Part shown: positions 49,877-63,413 of the stretch, one piece after another
How positions within the stretch are numbered: position 1 is the stretch's first letter
How the letters are laid out: each line of letters starts with the position of its first letter
NCBI GenBank assembly: GCA_965644295.1
Contig: CBFFRP010000446.1
Coordinates: 1-64,000 of the forward strand
Reading direction: 5' to 3'
DNA from: Paraphysomonas bandaiensis
Lineage: Eukaryota; Protista; Chrysophyceae
Length of the DNA: 64,000 nt
Made by a program: the position numbers and the translations under genes
Notes under the pieces: model-generated
Told to the model about the DNA's origin: nothing
Database searches by the model: none
Seen by the model: only the letters and a program-made list of their open reading frames with translations

Positions 49877-51062
49877 ATGTCAGAGATATCTAAAACAAAG
49901 AGGGCAGTGGACGATCTGTGTAGCAGGCTGTATGATCACAGGCACGTGTCTGCTATGAGTGCGGAGGATCTGCATGCCATGCAGAGCACTCTGCAGACTC
50001 TGCGCGACAGATGCGATGCCTTCATAGGCAAGATAGACCTCAAAGATCCCGTCACGCAGGCCCCCAGATACGGCCCCAATATGGTCAAGAAGATTACCGA
50101 TCTCTCGGATAGTATCGACGCGCTTATAGGGGACTGCAACGAGGCTGTGTCTCAACTGCCCCCTCAAGATGAAGCTGTGCACGAAGACCCTGCTGACGAG
50201 ATGCCCTCTTCAGTCCCAGACCCTTCTGACCACACACATGCACCTGTGGACATCACTACTCCACCTGAGACACAGACACAGTCTACGAAATCGATGCTCT
50301 TATCTGATCGCGTTGCTGAAGAAGAGAAGGAAGCGTTGAGTCAACAAGCAGCATTGATTCGAGCTCGGAAGAATAAAGAAGAGCAAGAAGCCAAAGAAGC
50401 ACAGGGGTGTGAGTTATACCGTTTACGATGGGTGACGCATCATATAAATACTCGCTGGAAATCGGGTGGTATCTCTGAAGCGCTGACTGCCCTTGCTAGT
50501 GAGATCAAGCGCTCTGACGACGAGATTATTCAGAATGTTAAAATTAGAGAAGCTGTAGAACTTGTATCAAATATTTTAGATAACGTGCACAAGAAACCCG
50601 ATGATGAAAAGCTTCGGCGAATCCGATCGAATCACCCAGTTATACATGTGAGTGATTGGATAGTGTTATTATCGTTCACTTATGTGAGATCATCGAAGTT
50701 TCGTAGTGTATGCTAACCGTGTATTGTGTATGGAGTAGGAAAAGCTTACTAGTCATGGAGAGTCTGGATTAGGATTGCTGATCTCAGTTGGATTCCTCGC
50801 CAAGGCAACATACTCCAATGGCACACCTATCATCGATGAACCACCCATAGGCGCTCCTCCTAATGTAAGTGAGGAGGATGTGCCTAGAGCTATAACGGCT
50901 ATTGCGGACCCGGGATACATGTATACAGTCATGCTTGAGATGTTCGAGCCAAGCATAGAGCCTGCTGAAGGGTCTGCGAATTGGATACGTTGGTTTGATG
51001 GCTTGGAGGAGTCTAAGAAACAGTTGCAATTGTTTTTGGATAGTCTAAATATGTCTAAATAG
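49877..51062 (+). CDS. PUB-domain protein (p97/Cdc48 cofactor-like), 2 exons
   Basis: AVELVSNILDNVHKKPDDEKLRRIRSNHPVIH|EKL..GLGLLISVGF fits the PUB consensus; in-frame intron ~50648-50738. Confidence 0.8.
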
Positions 51063-51350
51063 CATTTGATTACAAATATACTTCTTAACTTATTCAAATT
51101 TATATTTTTTAAATTTATATTTAAGGTACGATACTAGGTTTTTAATCTATATATTTCAATATGACACATCTTTGAAAAGTGATTGCTTTTATTGTTTTAG
51201 TGAACACTGCAGGGCTAGGGAATAGGGAACTATATATGGAATTGATATATATTGTAAAATATAGTGATTGGTGGAGAGGCCTAATATTTACTATTCTACC
51301 ATACTGGTTGTAAACGTAACTCACAATATATTGATAGTCATCAATATAGA

Positions 51351-51530
51351 TATATATATGAAAGTATTATTATTAGCAATAGGCGCCGAGAATCAGCAAC
51401 AGATAGGTAGCTAGATGACTAGATAAAAACTAGTCAAGCTAGAGATGGACTTATACCTGTAACTAACTAGTACAAAAGCTATATAACACTACGAAAGCAG
51501 ATTGTACGTCGCCGCAAGCACCAAGGTGCA
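51351..51530 (-). mobile_element. Structured retroposon, copy D (5'-truncated, 3' ~180 bp only)
   Basis: Matches 17352-17531 (GAAAGT..TATTAGCAATAGGCG..GTCGCCGCAAGCACCAAGGTGC) with a (TA)n tail; no clear TSD. Confidence 0.8.
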
Positions 51531-51641
51531 CACTATGACTATCATGAATCTTCAACACATACTATCATCAATTCAGTTTGTGATATGTTTCATTGATTTA
51601 AGATGACACTCAATTCTAAGAGCGCTTCATACAAAAAAATA

Positions 51642-54057
51642 TTAATTAGATTTAATATCGAAATCTAATTTTACTGTTGTATCTCCATAGACAAACCGCG
51701 GACATACCTGTAAATAATTCCTACCATTGACCATGTGGGGTTCCCTGAAAAACTTGACACTAGTTTTGAGGTACGGAGGGAAATTATCCCCCTGACAGAA
51801 GCTGATTTTCTCTGATTCAGAGACATCAAAATCGACCCACACAGCTACACAGTCACATTGCTCTTCGTCAAGTACGGTGAAGGGGACATTCACAGCAGTT
51901 GGCACTGACACAACGGCATCATCTCCGGCTTCTCGTTCCAGTAAACAGCGGTCATAGTGGAGAGTTGCTACAGATGTGGGGGAAGACAATATTTTCTTAC
52001 GATACACCCCAAGCTTGTATGGAAACAAGTTTTCATGCCAACCGGTCTGAACGTCATCAAGGTAATCGTGATTAAATCCCGACACTCTGAATCGCACAAA
52101 ATATATTAATGTGATAACGAAACCAAAAGCAATGCACAACTTACATTCCCGCAGTTCCGTGACTGACCCGCAAATCTGGCAGGCAAAACGCAGCTACCAT
52201 TATATGAGCTCTAATAGGGCACACCTGAAACCTCGATGCCTGTACAGGGCTCCTTCTTATGAAATTCAGGGCATAGAGATAAGATAATGCACTCTCAATG
52301 GGCAAGCAGTGCAACTGGTAAAAGAAACACTCCGAAGTAATTGTTACCACTGATAATTGTGTAGACGGGGAGTTTCCCGTGCTATCGTCTCCCTCGAAAA
52401 GAGAGGTGAAACCACTTGATAGAAAGGATGCCCCATCTTCATCATCAAGTACCACACAACCTTGTGGTGATAGACTACCAGCAGTGATATTACTACTGAT
52501 TAACTGTCCGTAGAACATGGCCGAAAATTGTTTCTTCTCTATTGACACAACCTGAGCCTTACCATCACTGTCTCCTAGATGGCCCACATTTTCTAGAGCT
52601 GAAGCTGTCATCAGAGCCAACGTAGAGCCATCTGAGATGTCCACAAACAGGCCTTTGCCTGGCAATGACTTGGTGGCACTCACGTAGGCTTCTACAACTG
52701 TCTGTATCCCGCTCTGCCACTTACCCATAACTACACTATCGTTTAGCATTTGCAAACGCTCAGGTCCACATAGCAGATGCCAGCCACATCCACAAGGCTC
52801 TGGAGCCTGAGCTACCTGTTCTACCCTAGGTTTTTTTATCTTACTCGGACTCTCGCTTGTCACGGCGCGATCAACAGAGCACCAAATTTGCAGGGCATCA
52901 TGGGTTATAGTAACGTCAAAAATATCTCCGGCATTGCACTTATATCCCCCCTCCTTTCCAAGAGGATATACCACTTGTAACCAATGGTCTTGCCAAGCGT
53001 GCGCACCTGGAGAAGTAGAGTAGCTGTATCCATTATCACGAATGTCTGATTCAGGTAGTAGGTCAGCTCTCCACCACACAAGAAGGCCATGGACAGTCCC
53101 ATCTGCAGTGGCCTCGATTCGAACACTGTGGCTTGCCCCTTCACACTGATGAAACTGCACTGAAAATAAGGGACACGTGTCACTGAGTATCCTTGCTCCT
53201 CTAGACAGCAATTGCTCCCCCCAGTGGACAGGAATCATCCGTCCATGTGCACAGGTTGACCGACTATTGACTCCATCTCTACGGGGGGATAGCCCTCCCA
53301 TGCAACTATTTCCCACAGTAGACATGTGAAGCACATCTTCGCTTTCAATTAGCGATCCAAAAACACAAGCTTGACTGGGGATTACGCGACCTTCAATTGG
53401 CCCAACAGATTTGTCCATGAACCTCTCTATAGCATCCCCATGCGCTAATAACACTCCCTCACCCAGCAACGCAGAATCCATAAGCTCCGATAGTATAATA
53501 TCCGGTGAAAATGGGAGTGCTTCGATGTCAGAACTCTTCGATGCAACTATAAGTATTTGATCGCTCATACCATTGCTCTCAACCACAGCACGAGCAACAT
53601 CAGCAAGAGCTTCAAACATTTCACACCCGATGACAAACTCTGCTCCGTGACGAACACACATCATCGCCAACAGCCCTGTGCCTGTGCCAATATCCAGCAC
53701 TGTAGGCCGTCTGTTGTACTTGTGTATGAAGGTAGAGATGGATGCGGCTATGGCTTGTTCGTATATGTCATTTCTACAGTGATCATGCAGCATAGAGGTC
53801 ATCTGAGACATGCCGATGACACGTCTCATTACTGCCAGTTGATCCTCCTCCTCTGACCATACCAATGACCCGTCAATAGGGCTGACAGAGGCGGATAGCA
53901 TTACTCTAACAGAGTCTCCAGATGGGGTCCTCTTCACGCCTATGAGCACCTCCTCAGCGCTGGACACATCCTGAACATCCGTCAGATCATACGGAGTCAC
54001 TCCGGACCCTCCACTACCAACCAAACCACCGCCTCCCTTGTCCAGACCCTGATACAT
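51642..54057 (-). CDS. PRMT7: Protein arginine methyltransferase 7 (2 exons)
   Basis: MLHD..RN..Y, VLDIGTGTGLLAMM, SELMDSALLGEG, WQDHWLQ (DHW loop) and a degenerate second methyltransferase module. Confidence 0.9.
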
Positions 54058-54087
54058 GGCGAAACGAGGTAGATATAGAGAATAATA

Positions 54088-54720
54088 TGCATGTATGTAT
54101 GTATGTATGTATGTATGTATGTATGTATGTATGTATGTATGTATGTATGTATGTATGTATGTATGTATGTATGTATGTATGTATGTATGTATGTATGTAT
54201 GTATGTATGTATGTATGTATGTATGTATGTATGTATGTATGTATGTATGTATGTATGTATGTATGTATGTATGTATGTATGTATGTATGTATGTATGTAT
54301 GTATGTATGTATGTATGTATGTATGTATGTATGTATGTATGTATGTATGTATGTATGTATGTATGTATGTATGTATGTATGTATGTATGTATGTATGTAT
54401 GTATGTATGTATGTATGTATGTATGTATGTATGTATGTATGTATGTATGTATGTATGTATGTATGTATGTATGTATGTATGTATGTATGTATGTATGTAT
54501 GTATGTATGTATGTATGTATGTATGTATGTATGTATGTATGTATGTATGTATGTATGTATGTATGTATGTATGTATGTATGTATGTATGTATGTATGTAT
54601 GTATGTATGTATGTATGTATGTATGTATGTATGTATGTATGTATGTATGTATGTATGTATGTATGTATGTATGTATGTATGTATGTATGTATGTATGTAT
54701 GTATGTATGTATGTATGTAT
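54088..54720. repeat. (TATG)n microsatellite 30 bp upstream of the PRMT7 ATG
   Basis: About 158 units seen directly. Confidence 0.99.
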
Positions 54721-54724
54721 GGTG

Positions 54725-55993
54725 GATATTCTCGTTATAGTGATTTTTAGCCTTGGTACGGGGATTTTTGCATAAAATCCCCGCTTTATAGTTTTTAAAC
54801 CTATAGTTTTTAATGAAAATCCTTATTTTGGTTGATTGTTGTGAAAAAATTGATAGGTGTAATACATGCATCTGTATGCAGCGATGTCGAAGAAGGCGAG
54901 GAGGTCCAGTAAAGGTGGAAGAGGAAAAGGGGGAGAGGGTTCAAATGGAGCCTAGTACCTCTAGCTCGAAGGAGGGAGGAGGCAGTCTCCAACCCTGAGC
55001 CTCCGCTGCAGGAGGCAGCAGAGGAGAGCTCAGCTAACAGTCCCCACGTGGTGAGATGATGAGGGGGCGAGGGCCCAGAAGAACCCCTTATGATGAGAGT
55101 CGATGAAGAAGGTTTAGTGATTTCAGATGAGTACCTGATTCTGATCGGTGCGATGTTTGTGGCCGGTTGAAGGACTGGCACAAATCCAAGTCATGCCCTC
55201 TGCGAAATGCGGCGGGGGCGGACGTAGACCCCACGATGAAGTGGACTGACTCTGTGCGGCGGGGGCGGACGTAGACCCCACGATGAAGTGGACTGACTCT
55301 GCAGTAGCCGAGGATTTGTTGGCAAATAAGGGTTGTCACTTTTTACCGAGAAATGGGTGGGAGAATAGAAAGACTGGCACTTTTGGGAAGGACTCCAAGG
55401 TGAGTTCCCTGATGTGTATTTCTTAAATCATTCTCTTCATTGCCATTTATAACAGTGATTGTTTGCAATGAACAGGGTGGGACAAGGACGTGCAAGGCTC
55501 TCCTTGATACTGGAGCATCGGCTAATTTCATCAGTACTGACGTAGCAAACTGGTTAGTTGCTAGTGGCACTATTCCTGTTTCCGTAAATAAAAATATAGC
55601 TGGTGGTTTCAAATCCGCTATGTCCTTATGTCAGAGGGGTTTCTCTGGACATTAATATCCATACGGAGACTATGGAATCTCCGGGATTTCAAGCTACAAT
55701 AGACGCTTGGGAGTTGGATTTAAATTTTGAATTTATTTTAGGGGTGCACACAGTCCGCAAATTGGATTTAGTAGTACAATTCCATATCTATAAGTAATTT
55801 TTTCTCTGTCCGAAGATCTAAGTCTACACTATAACAACGTAGTTAATAGCTTTCCAAACTGGAGTGTGGAATACGATACTTTAAACATTAACTTAGGGGT
55901 TTTCAGTATAAAACCATGGTTTTACAAGACAAAAACTGTGTTTTGTAGTAAAAAACTGTTTTTTTAACGAAAACCTGGGTTTTCTAATCGTGG
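54725..55993 (+). mobile_element. Degenerate gag-protease retroelement relic (Ty3/Gypsy-like) with palindromic ends
   Basis: CDVCGRLKDWHKSKSCP knuckle-like segment (~55149), ALLDTGASANFIS aspartic protease (~55496), frameshifts and stops, a 47-bp tandem duplication at 55208-55301, and possible TSD ATGGTG. Confidence 0.7.
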
Positions 55994-56917
55994 ATGGTGC
56001 CGTTATGGTGGACAGTATGGCTTAAGGTACACACCACCCAGCACCATAACCATATCTCTATATATGCTGCTGCTGGTGATGAGCTGTTAGCTGACTACTT
56101 GATCGTTGAGTGTCTTGTAGTTGCAATGTATAGCACGCTACAGTCAGTGCTGTATACTCATGGATGGGGTAAGAAGAACCTCCTCCGTCACGATATGCAG
56201 CAGTGCCGTGGAGCATATGCTACATGCATGTTACAGCAGTATCAGTGCTGGGCTCTGTAGTTAGTTTATTGAACTACAACCAACTCCTACGTGCGTACTT
56301 GAAGTTTGGTAAAGTCAATCGCTAGTAGTTATCCTGTATTCTATGTAGCAATGAAATACAGAATATACATGACTACAGTATAGGAGTAGCTATTACAAGT
56401 ATACAAAGAAACTGAAAATATAGTAGCTGTTAAAGATATGATTTGTAGAACAGAATGTTGATGTTGGTGAATGACGTGGTTCCTAACTCACAGGGCTACA
56501 ACATCATAAACTTACTATATCTCCTATAATATCAATCAGTCAATATTGCACTAACTAAAAGCGTAAATTAATATAGTTATCGTTGTTGAACTTACGATAT
56601 AAACCAGTCGTGCATAGAATCACCTGGCTGTTAGAGGTGCACATGTCACTGAAGTTCACTTGCTCTACACGTGAACCTCAACGTTGCTTGTTGAACACAA
56701 TGCACTACTGATTAATCTGAGCACTGCACTCATATTCATGACCGTCTGCTGATGCATCTGACCTCAGTCACTATGCATCATGCGTTCACCAGTCACTCCC
56801 GTATCTGACATAGTCACAAATCAGTAAATGAATACTCACGTACGTACTGCACACTAACTCACTTCAATCTATATCGCATCATACTGTAGAATTCAACACC
56901 GTCAAGTATCAACTTTC

Positions 56918-58462
56918 AGGGCTGCGTATAAATTAATCGTCAATTATAATTGCAATTTTTACTTGCTGTCTCAATTTCAATTATTGCAATTACTTAATAC
57001 TAAAATATTGTTATCAATCCCTGCTATATCTAGCAATTAGCAGTCAATATATAATATATACCTTAGACCTAGCAGGGCTGCTTCACAATTAATTATCAAT
57101 TAATTGACGCATGTTGTAGTGAATTATAATTACAATTATTACTTGTCGTCCCAATTAATTGAAACTACACTACGTACTCAAATAGCTATATATTAGCTGC
57201 AAATATAGCTACCTCAACGTTCTAAATGCGTAAATTGTTATTATAATCTTAGCTCTACTGAACATTGTTGATTATGGTATGCAAGTGCTTCAGCGATGCT
57301 TGCTTCCGCTGCTTGCTACCACTAATCAAACGTCGTCATACTGAATAAGAATCTCATTGTCATCACCTTCTTCTTCCTCATTGAGAAAAGATGTTTTAAT
57401 ATTATCCTTTTCCGTCCGAGATAGTGCGGCTTCATTCCATTGGATATATACTATATATAATATCTGATTATTTAACAATAGGCATATAAGTGTTAAAACT
57501 AAACAGAAATTTATCTATCGCCAAGGTGCGACCACCTCCTCTCTCTGTCCTTAACGTGCGCTAGCCCGGATGCTTGACTTCAAGTAGGCAGCTCAAACCC
57601 CAGATACCTTGAGGTGAACCCTGTCCCGGATGCCTTTTTATTCGTCAAGGCTCAACGACGTCTACTACACAAGTGACACTTATTAGTGTCCCTTGTACCA
57701 CACAAGCATTCGGCTATGAGTGGGCAGAACAATATCTGCTGACTATATATGCCGCTCACGGTAGTTTCCTGGAGAAATATCTCCGGTACTTATTCCCAGA
57801 ACAAAGGTGCGAGTCCGACTTTGTTGGCATTCCATTGGAAGCATTACTTTGATTTTTCTTTTGTACTCTAAGTCCAAGGCTTCCATAGATACCTCATCAA
57901 AGTTGATCTCAAAATATGACTCAACCTTTTGTTCTTTCGTGTCAATTGTTTAACACAAAAAGGAAAAGGAAGATCACTCACTATCACTCAGTGATACGCA
58001 TTCCACGCTTGAGGTGATATTTTGCGCTCAACATATTTCCCATCGCACCACCACTCGCTGGGCAGCCAAACTTTATCTTTCCATCCATCGTGTTTGATTG
58101 CATGCTGCGACAGGTTGCGCGACCCATAGTGTTAAATTACGCACCTCTTCGTTATTAGCATTTATTTTCTTAAAGAACACTCCTGCAATGACGTCTGGTA
58201 CCAGAATTCCGCTCATATCACTAATTCATTACATGAATTATTATGTGAGATAGTCTTATGGATATTACATCAATCTTCCATATTGATCGTAAGCATTGGA
58301 TTTTCGTGTAATAAAAAATGCCGTTTTTTAAATTTTCACTGTCAAAATATGACATGCAAAATTTTTTATCATTAATTGGAACAAGCTAGAGTCAATTATA
58401 ATTGCAAATACGATTTGATATCCCAATTTCAATACTTGACAATTAATTTCTTCGCAGCCCTC
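56918..58462. mobile_element. MITE/hAT-like non-autonomous DNA element(s) with CAGGGCTGC termini
   Basis: CAGGGCTGC at 56918 and 57073, GCAGCCCT near 58455, and subterminal CAATTATAATTG palindromes; a similar end at 41946-42039. No TSD found. Confidence 0.45.
57445..57827 (-). mobile_element. Structured retroposon, copy E (383 bp, internal deletions)
   Basis: Perfect 12-bp TSD CATTCCATTGGA (57433-57444 / 57828-57839); (TA)n tail; homologous to copy C. Confidence 0.93.
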
Positions 58463-58722
58463 GTAACTCTTAACTACTGATATGAACTCCAATGACGTCC
58501 AATTCCATCAAGTATATTGCATGTATTATTCATGTATCTACGTATGCAATCTTCACGGATACTACACTTTCTACATATACAAACTTAACTTTTTAGAGCA
58601 GTGATTATTTACATGATGCTCTGCACATCACAGCATTCAAGTCCACCGATATATATATGATAGCTATATATCATATTATGGTTACACTCATCATAAACAT
58701 CTAACATGGGAGCATCACAAGC

Positions 58723-61700
58723 TTATCTGGAATGTTGTGATACTGACGATCGTCTCCTGTTGACCAATGCTGATCCCCGTCTACCCGGTCCTCCAGATGT
58801 AGACGAACGTCGGCCACTAGGCGGCATACTAGTCTCCCGTTGTATTCTCCTTGTTGGGGCAGGCACAGAGCTTTTTGTAGTAGGGTTACTGCTGCTACTG
58901 GTCACTGAAACATGGTCATTTTCCAATTCGTAGGCGACGTCAAAATCTGCATCATCATTATCCTCTGGAATATTGTGTCCAGCAGATTTGCGAGAAGGGG
59001 TCGAGCGCTGCGATCGACTGGACCTTGAGCTCTTTTGGGATTCCATTAAAGCTAGACGAGCTAGTCTTTTTCGCTCAAGTTTTTCCTTAAGGCGTTCTTC
59101 CTTCGACTTTTTGTTCTTTTTAGGCTTTTTCTTCCTGCGAATGAATACATTTCAAATAACACTATATTGCACAGTGTACATATTACACAACGCCTGAAAA
59201 TTTATATGAACGCATGCTGCACTGTACGCAAAACATGCTACGAGATTTATATATATTCGCGCACAGTGCCATTACCTAGCCTTTGGGTTATATCCCCACA
59301 TTGCTCCTGCTCCAACTACAATCGCCCTATTCTTCTCTGTTAGTACGAACTCCTCCTCAGAGCTCGAGCTGGACTCCTTCATCTCCTGCAAACACAAATT
59401 CATATATATTCGTTACTGCACACACATGTAATATAAAGCTGTAACATTGGGCATACATCACATCGCGGCATAGTTACCGCAATGCATAACGCTAAATACT
59501 AAATATAGAGCACATCTTATTCCCAAGCACACACCTCCTCGGTGATATAGGTGTCCATATCTTCCTCCTCATCGTCATCTATGAAACTTTCTATTTCTTC
59601 GTCAGTCTATACACACAGAATTTAGTACACACTACAAACATATAAAAAATATACTGCACTACAGAGAGTTCCATATACCCGGTACTACATTGCAGCAACA
59701 GCACACTTTTATTACCTTTTTCTCTCTGAACTTTTCCCACGACCTTTTCGTAGCCTTGGCACACTGCACCGTATGAAACACACACTTAATACATCCTAGC
59801 CTACACCTCCTCGCTGTCCTGCTCACGCAAAACATTAAGCATACTTCGGTCCAGGATAACTTCTTGTGTGTTGGGGTACCTTCTCAGTAGTCGATAAAAC
59901 CTAAGGAACTGCCTCCATGGCATTTGAAATACACCCCCACTGCAAAAGCCATGTTACAACACTCTAGTTAATGGTAACAGCATACACCGCATAGCATACA
60001 CACACGCCCCGTACAGCACATATGTCGAACATACTACGAAATGAATGTAGCGTGTGCGTATCACGATCATGATCTACCTGCCATTGATAGATAACAGCTG
60101 TACAGTGAAGTTGATATTGGACCGTGGTGGTACTGTAGGTCCCATCCAGTAATTGCCATACGCGAAGTCGTATCTGACCTGCGTTTAAATGCATAAAAAT
60201 GAATTACTCTGAATTCATACATTAAAACACTACACATAGAATACTATCCACAACAGACTGAGATGTGGACCACAAAATACAATGGCATACCTTTATTGTA
60301 GAAGTTTCTCCTAGTGTCATATGTCTCACACCTACATCCAGTCCCCGGACTACATGTCCTCTCCTAGAGGGAATCAGACGGACGATGAGCTGACCTCTAC
60401 ACACATAACGTGATTAACAACATTGAATACGGTGTCCACACATATAAACACAATGTAGTACATAACCACCTGTCTTTTTGGTGCACGTCCGCTATATTTT
60501 CATCGACCTGTTTCTGGACCTAATGGTAACATACATCATTGCAAAGCATAAATACACTAATGCCGAGAGCAATGGCACTGGAAGTTTACGCACATCAAAG
60601 TACTTGAGCGGAAACCATTGGGTGACACCCACAGTAGCTGACAGCACAGTTTGCCTCTGCTTGTGAATAACTCTGTCACAGGCAATTAAAATATCATAAT
60701 TTAATAGTGCATATTACTAAGTGTAGTGTATAGTGTGGTAATTATACTACAGCGAATTCATTGCGTGAGAATATACACTTACTCCGCCACTGACTGCCGC
60801 CTGCTACTAGAGGGTCTACTACCATCAGTAGGAAATAGCTGACCCCATTGAGTCTGAGCAAAATTCCCTATAGCACTGCAGAATAGTATTTAAAGTAACA
60901 CATCCGCTGGCATGCATTTAGTAGCGCGTCTCACCTTAGCCCTGATACCATTTTAGAAACTAGGGCGGACTTGGGCTTTTCTGGATCCATTTCCTCCTCA
61001 ATAAATGTGGCCACATCGCTTTCCTGGCTTATATCTTGTGCTGCTGCGGTGTAATTTTCCTGTAGAATATATTTCACAATAATTACACAATAGAAAAAAT
61101 ATGTAGAACTGAAACATAAAAAGGATACATCACGATATATGGAAACAAATTCACAGCAAGAAGATATATAAAAAATATGTCAGCAAGTCAACGAGGAAAA
61201 CTATTAACCATGCATGCATTGAAAATTTACCTCATTCTCTCTAGTTTCATCATCCTCGTCATCAGAAACATGCAAGTCGTGGTCTATCCTAGGGGTAACC
61301 CCTCTTTCGGTGCGTTCGAAGTACTCTGGATGAGTATCTTGCAGGGACTGCTCAGTGCATAAGCCACTATCAGATTGTTCGCTGGAAATCTTCTTCGATG
61401 CAAATTGGTCACGCGACGAAGACAGTTCATCCTCTTCTTCACTCTCAGAAATTTCTTCCCCAGCATTTTCTAATAAACTTCTGTCCTCCATCACTAGTGG
61501 CGGAACAGATTTAGACCGCGATGATGCAGATGTCTCCGACCCCCCTTCCCAACGTCTCCATGCCGGTACATCACTCTGGTCTACATCGCCTTCAGATCCA
61601 TCCTCTTCTATCATATTTTCGGTCTCATATTCAAACACGGGTTCCTTCGGTTCCGGTCGCTGAAGCTCATCGTCTTCTCCTGGAAGGTACACATTCTCAT

Positions 61701-63413
61701 CTCCAAAGAGGTCCTCTGTGGCATCTTGTATTGTCACTGATTCAAAATCCTTTTCTTCGGCATCATCCCTACTTCCCTCACTAATACTCTGATTTCCAGG
61801 ATGATTCTCACTCTGACTTTCTATCTGACTACCTCGTCTACTTTCACCTTCGCTATTCACCTGGCTTTCTACAATACTATCTGATATACTCCCTACTTGA
61901 CTTTGCTGCCTCAGAGAGTTCTCAGCCGCTGAAATGACAGAGCTACTATCCATAGACTCACCATGTGAGGCCTCTTCGATTGGATCGTGTATTCCCAGCT
62001 CTTCGTGGCTGGATGTCGAGCTATTACTTTTCGCTATAATCTCGTCTTTTTCAACGGAAGGTGTGCTCTGACCAGACGATATTGACAATCTCGTGCTTCG
62101 TATCTTCTTCACAAATATGTTCGCACCTCCTATGAAGAAGTGATTCAGAGCCTTACCCGCTTCAATCTCACTAAATGACTTTGGAAAGGAAGGTGCCAAT
62201 TTGCGGAATTGCTCCACTGAGATCTTTATACTGCCCAGATCGCCATGTTTACGGAATCGATTATGGTCATAGAGGTTAATCTGAAACAAATGCATCGCAT
62301 CTAAACTCCCCTCCTTGCGTTGACGACGGGAGTTAGGGCGGTTCAGCTGACCCAGTTGCCGTAAACGAAGTTCTTCAGTTAATACGTCTTCCACGCGGAA
62401 CGTAAAGACATTTCCGGAAGTCCATTCGGGATCGCATGTGTTATCGATGACCTTCGTACGACCCATACTACGTCCCAAAAATATTACCTCGCAGAATGGG
62501 TCAGACAAGCCGATAGCATCCATTTTATCAAGAGACTCTGCTCGAACTATCTTGAGATAACATATATTGGCATTAATTCCAAACTGCACACCCAATCGGC
62601 CATGATATTCCCTGAGGGATAAATTAAGTCGAATGGGCTTCTGATTGGATACATTGGCAAGTTTTAGGAGCTGCGGTCGTGTTATCTCCACATGCCCTGC
62701 ATGACACAGAAAATACAAAATAAAATCACAGGTGCTAGAGCTTCATACTCACCTAGAAAGTCATTAAAGTTGAAGTAATCTCTGTCGAACACCTCCATCT
62801 TCAATATGTCATCCCCTTTCTTTATTTTGTGTACAGCATCTATCTCACATGGCACAACAAAAGTTTCGTTGTTCCAACGTGGATTTATTGTTCTTGGTCT
62901 TGTCCTAGTAGTACCAACACGTTTACCTCCAAATTGAAGGCATACAAAGGGGTCGGACGAACCATGAGCGTCGGCAATAGGTAGTCGCTTCGCACCTAAT
63001 ATTTGAACATGCACACATGTTCCACTTACACCAGAGGGAAATTTAACATACTGCACGGGCTCACGGTGGACAGTTTTACCATTATGAATTACCCTACTCT
63101 TGACTTTGATCTCAACGATGTCGAATAGTTTCGGAAATGAACGCGAATCGCCTCGTATCTGAATCTTCTTACGCACAGCTGGCCCGATGACCACAATACG
63201 CCGCACGTGATCCTTCGTCTTAACGAAACTATGAGCATACTCATCACACTCTTTGCACAGATAGTTACACCGCTGACACTGTTGGCAGTATTTAATGACC
63301 AGCCCCGGATTGCTTCTCGTCTTCTTGTTGCCTAAACACCGCTGACAGAACACAGCCGCAGGGATGGCGTGAGGGGGGGACTTCTCGATATGATACCGCA
63401 GAGGCTCGATCAT
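58723..63413 (-). CDS. B-box zinc finger + FKBP-like domain split by two C2 domains, multi-exon
   Basis: CQQC..LCKECDEYAH..DHVR (B-box); ADAHGSSDPFV and MDAIGLSDPFC (C2); FKBP halves at ~63030-63180 and ~60080-60360. Confidence 0.82.

Noticed and set aside
55994-56260. 88-aa ORF as the displaced partner gene of PRMT7
   Set aside because: No recognisable domain or exon chain; kept only as a hypothesis.
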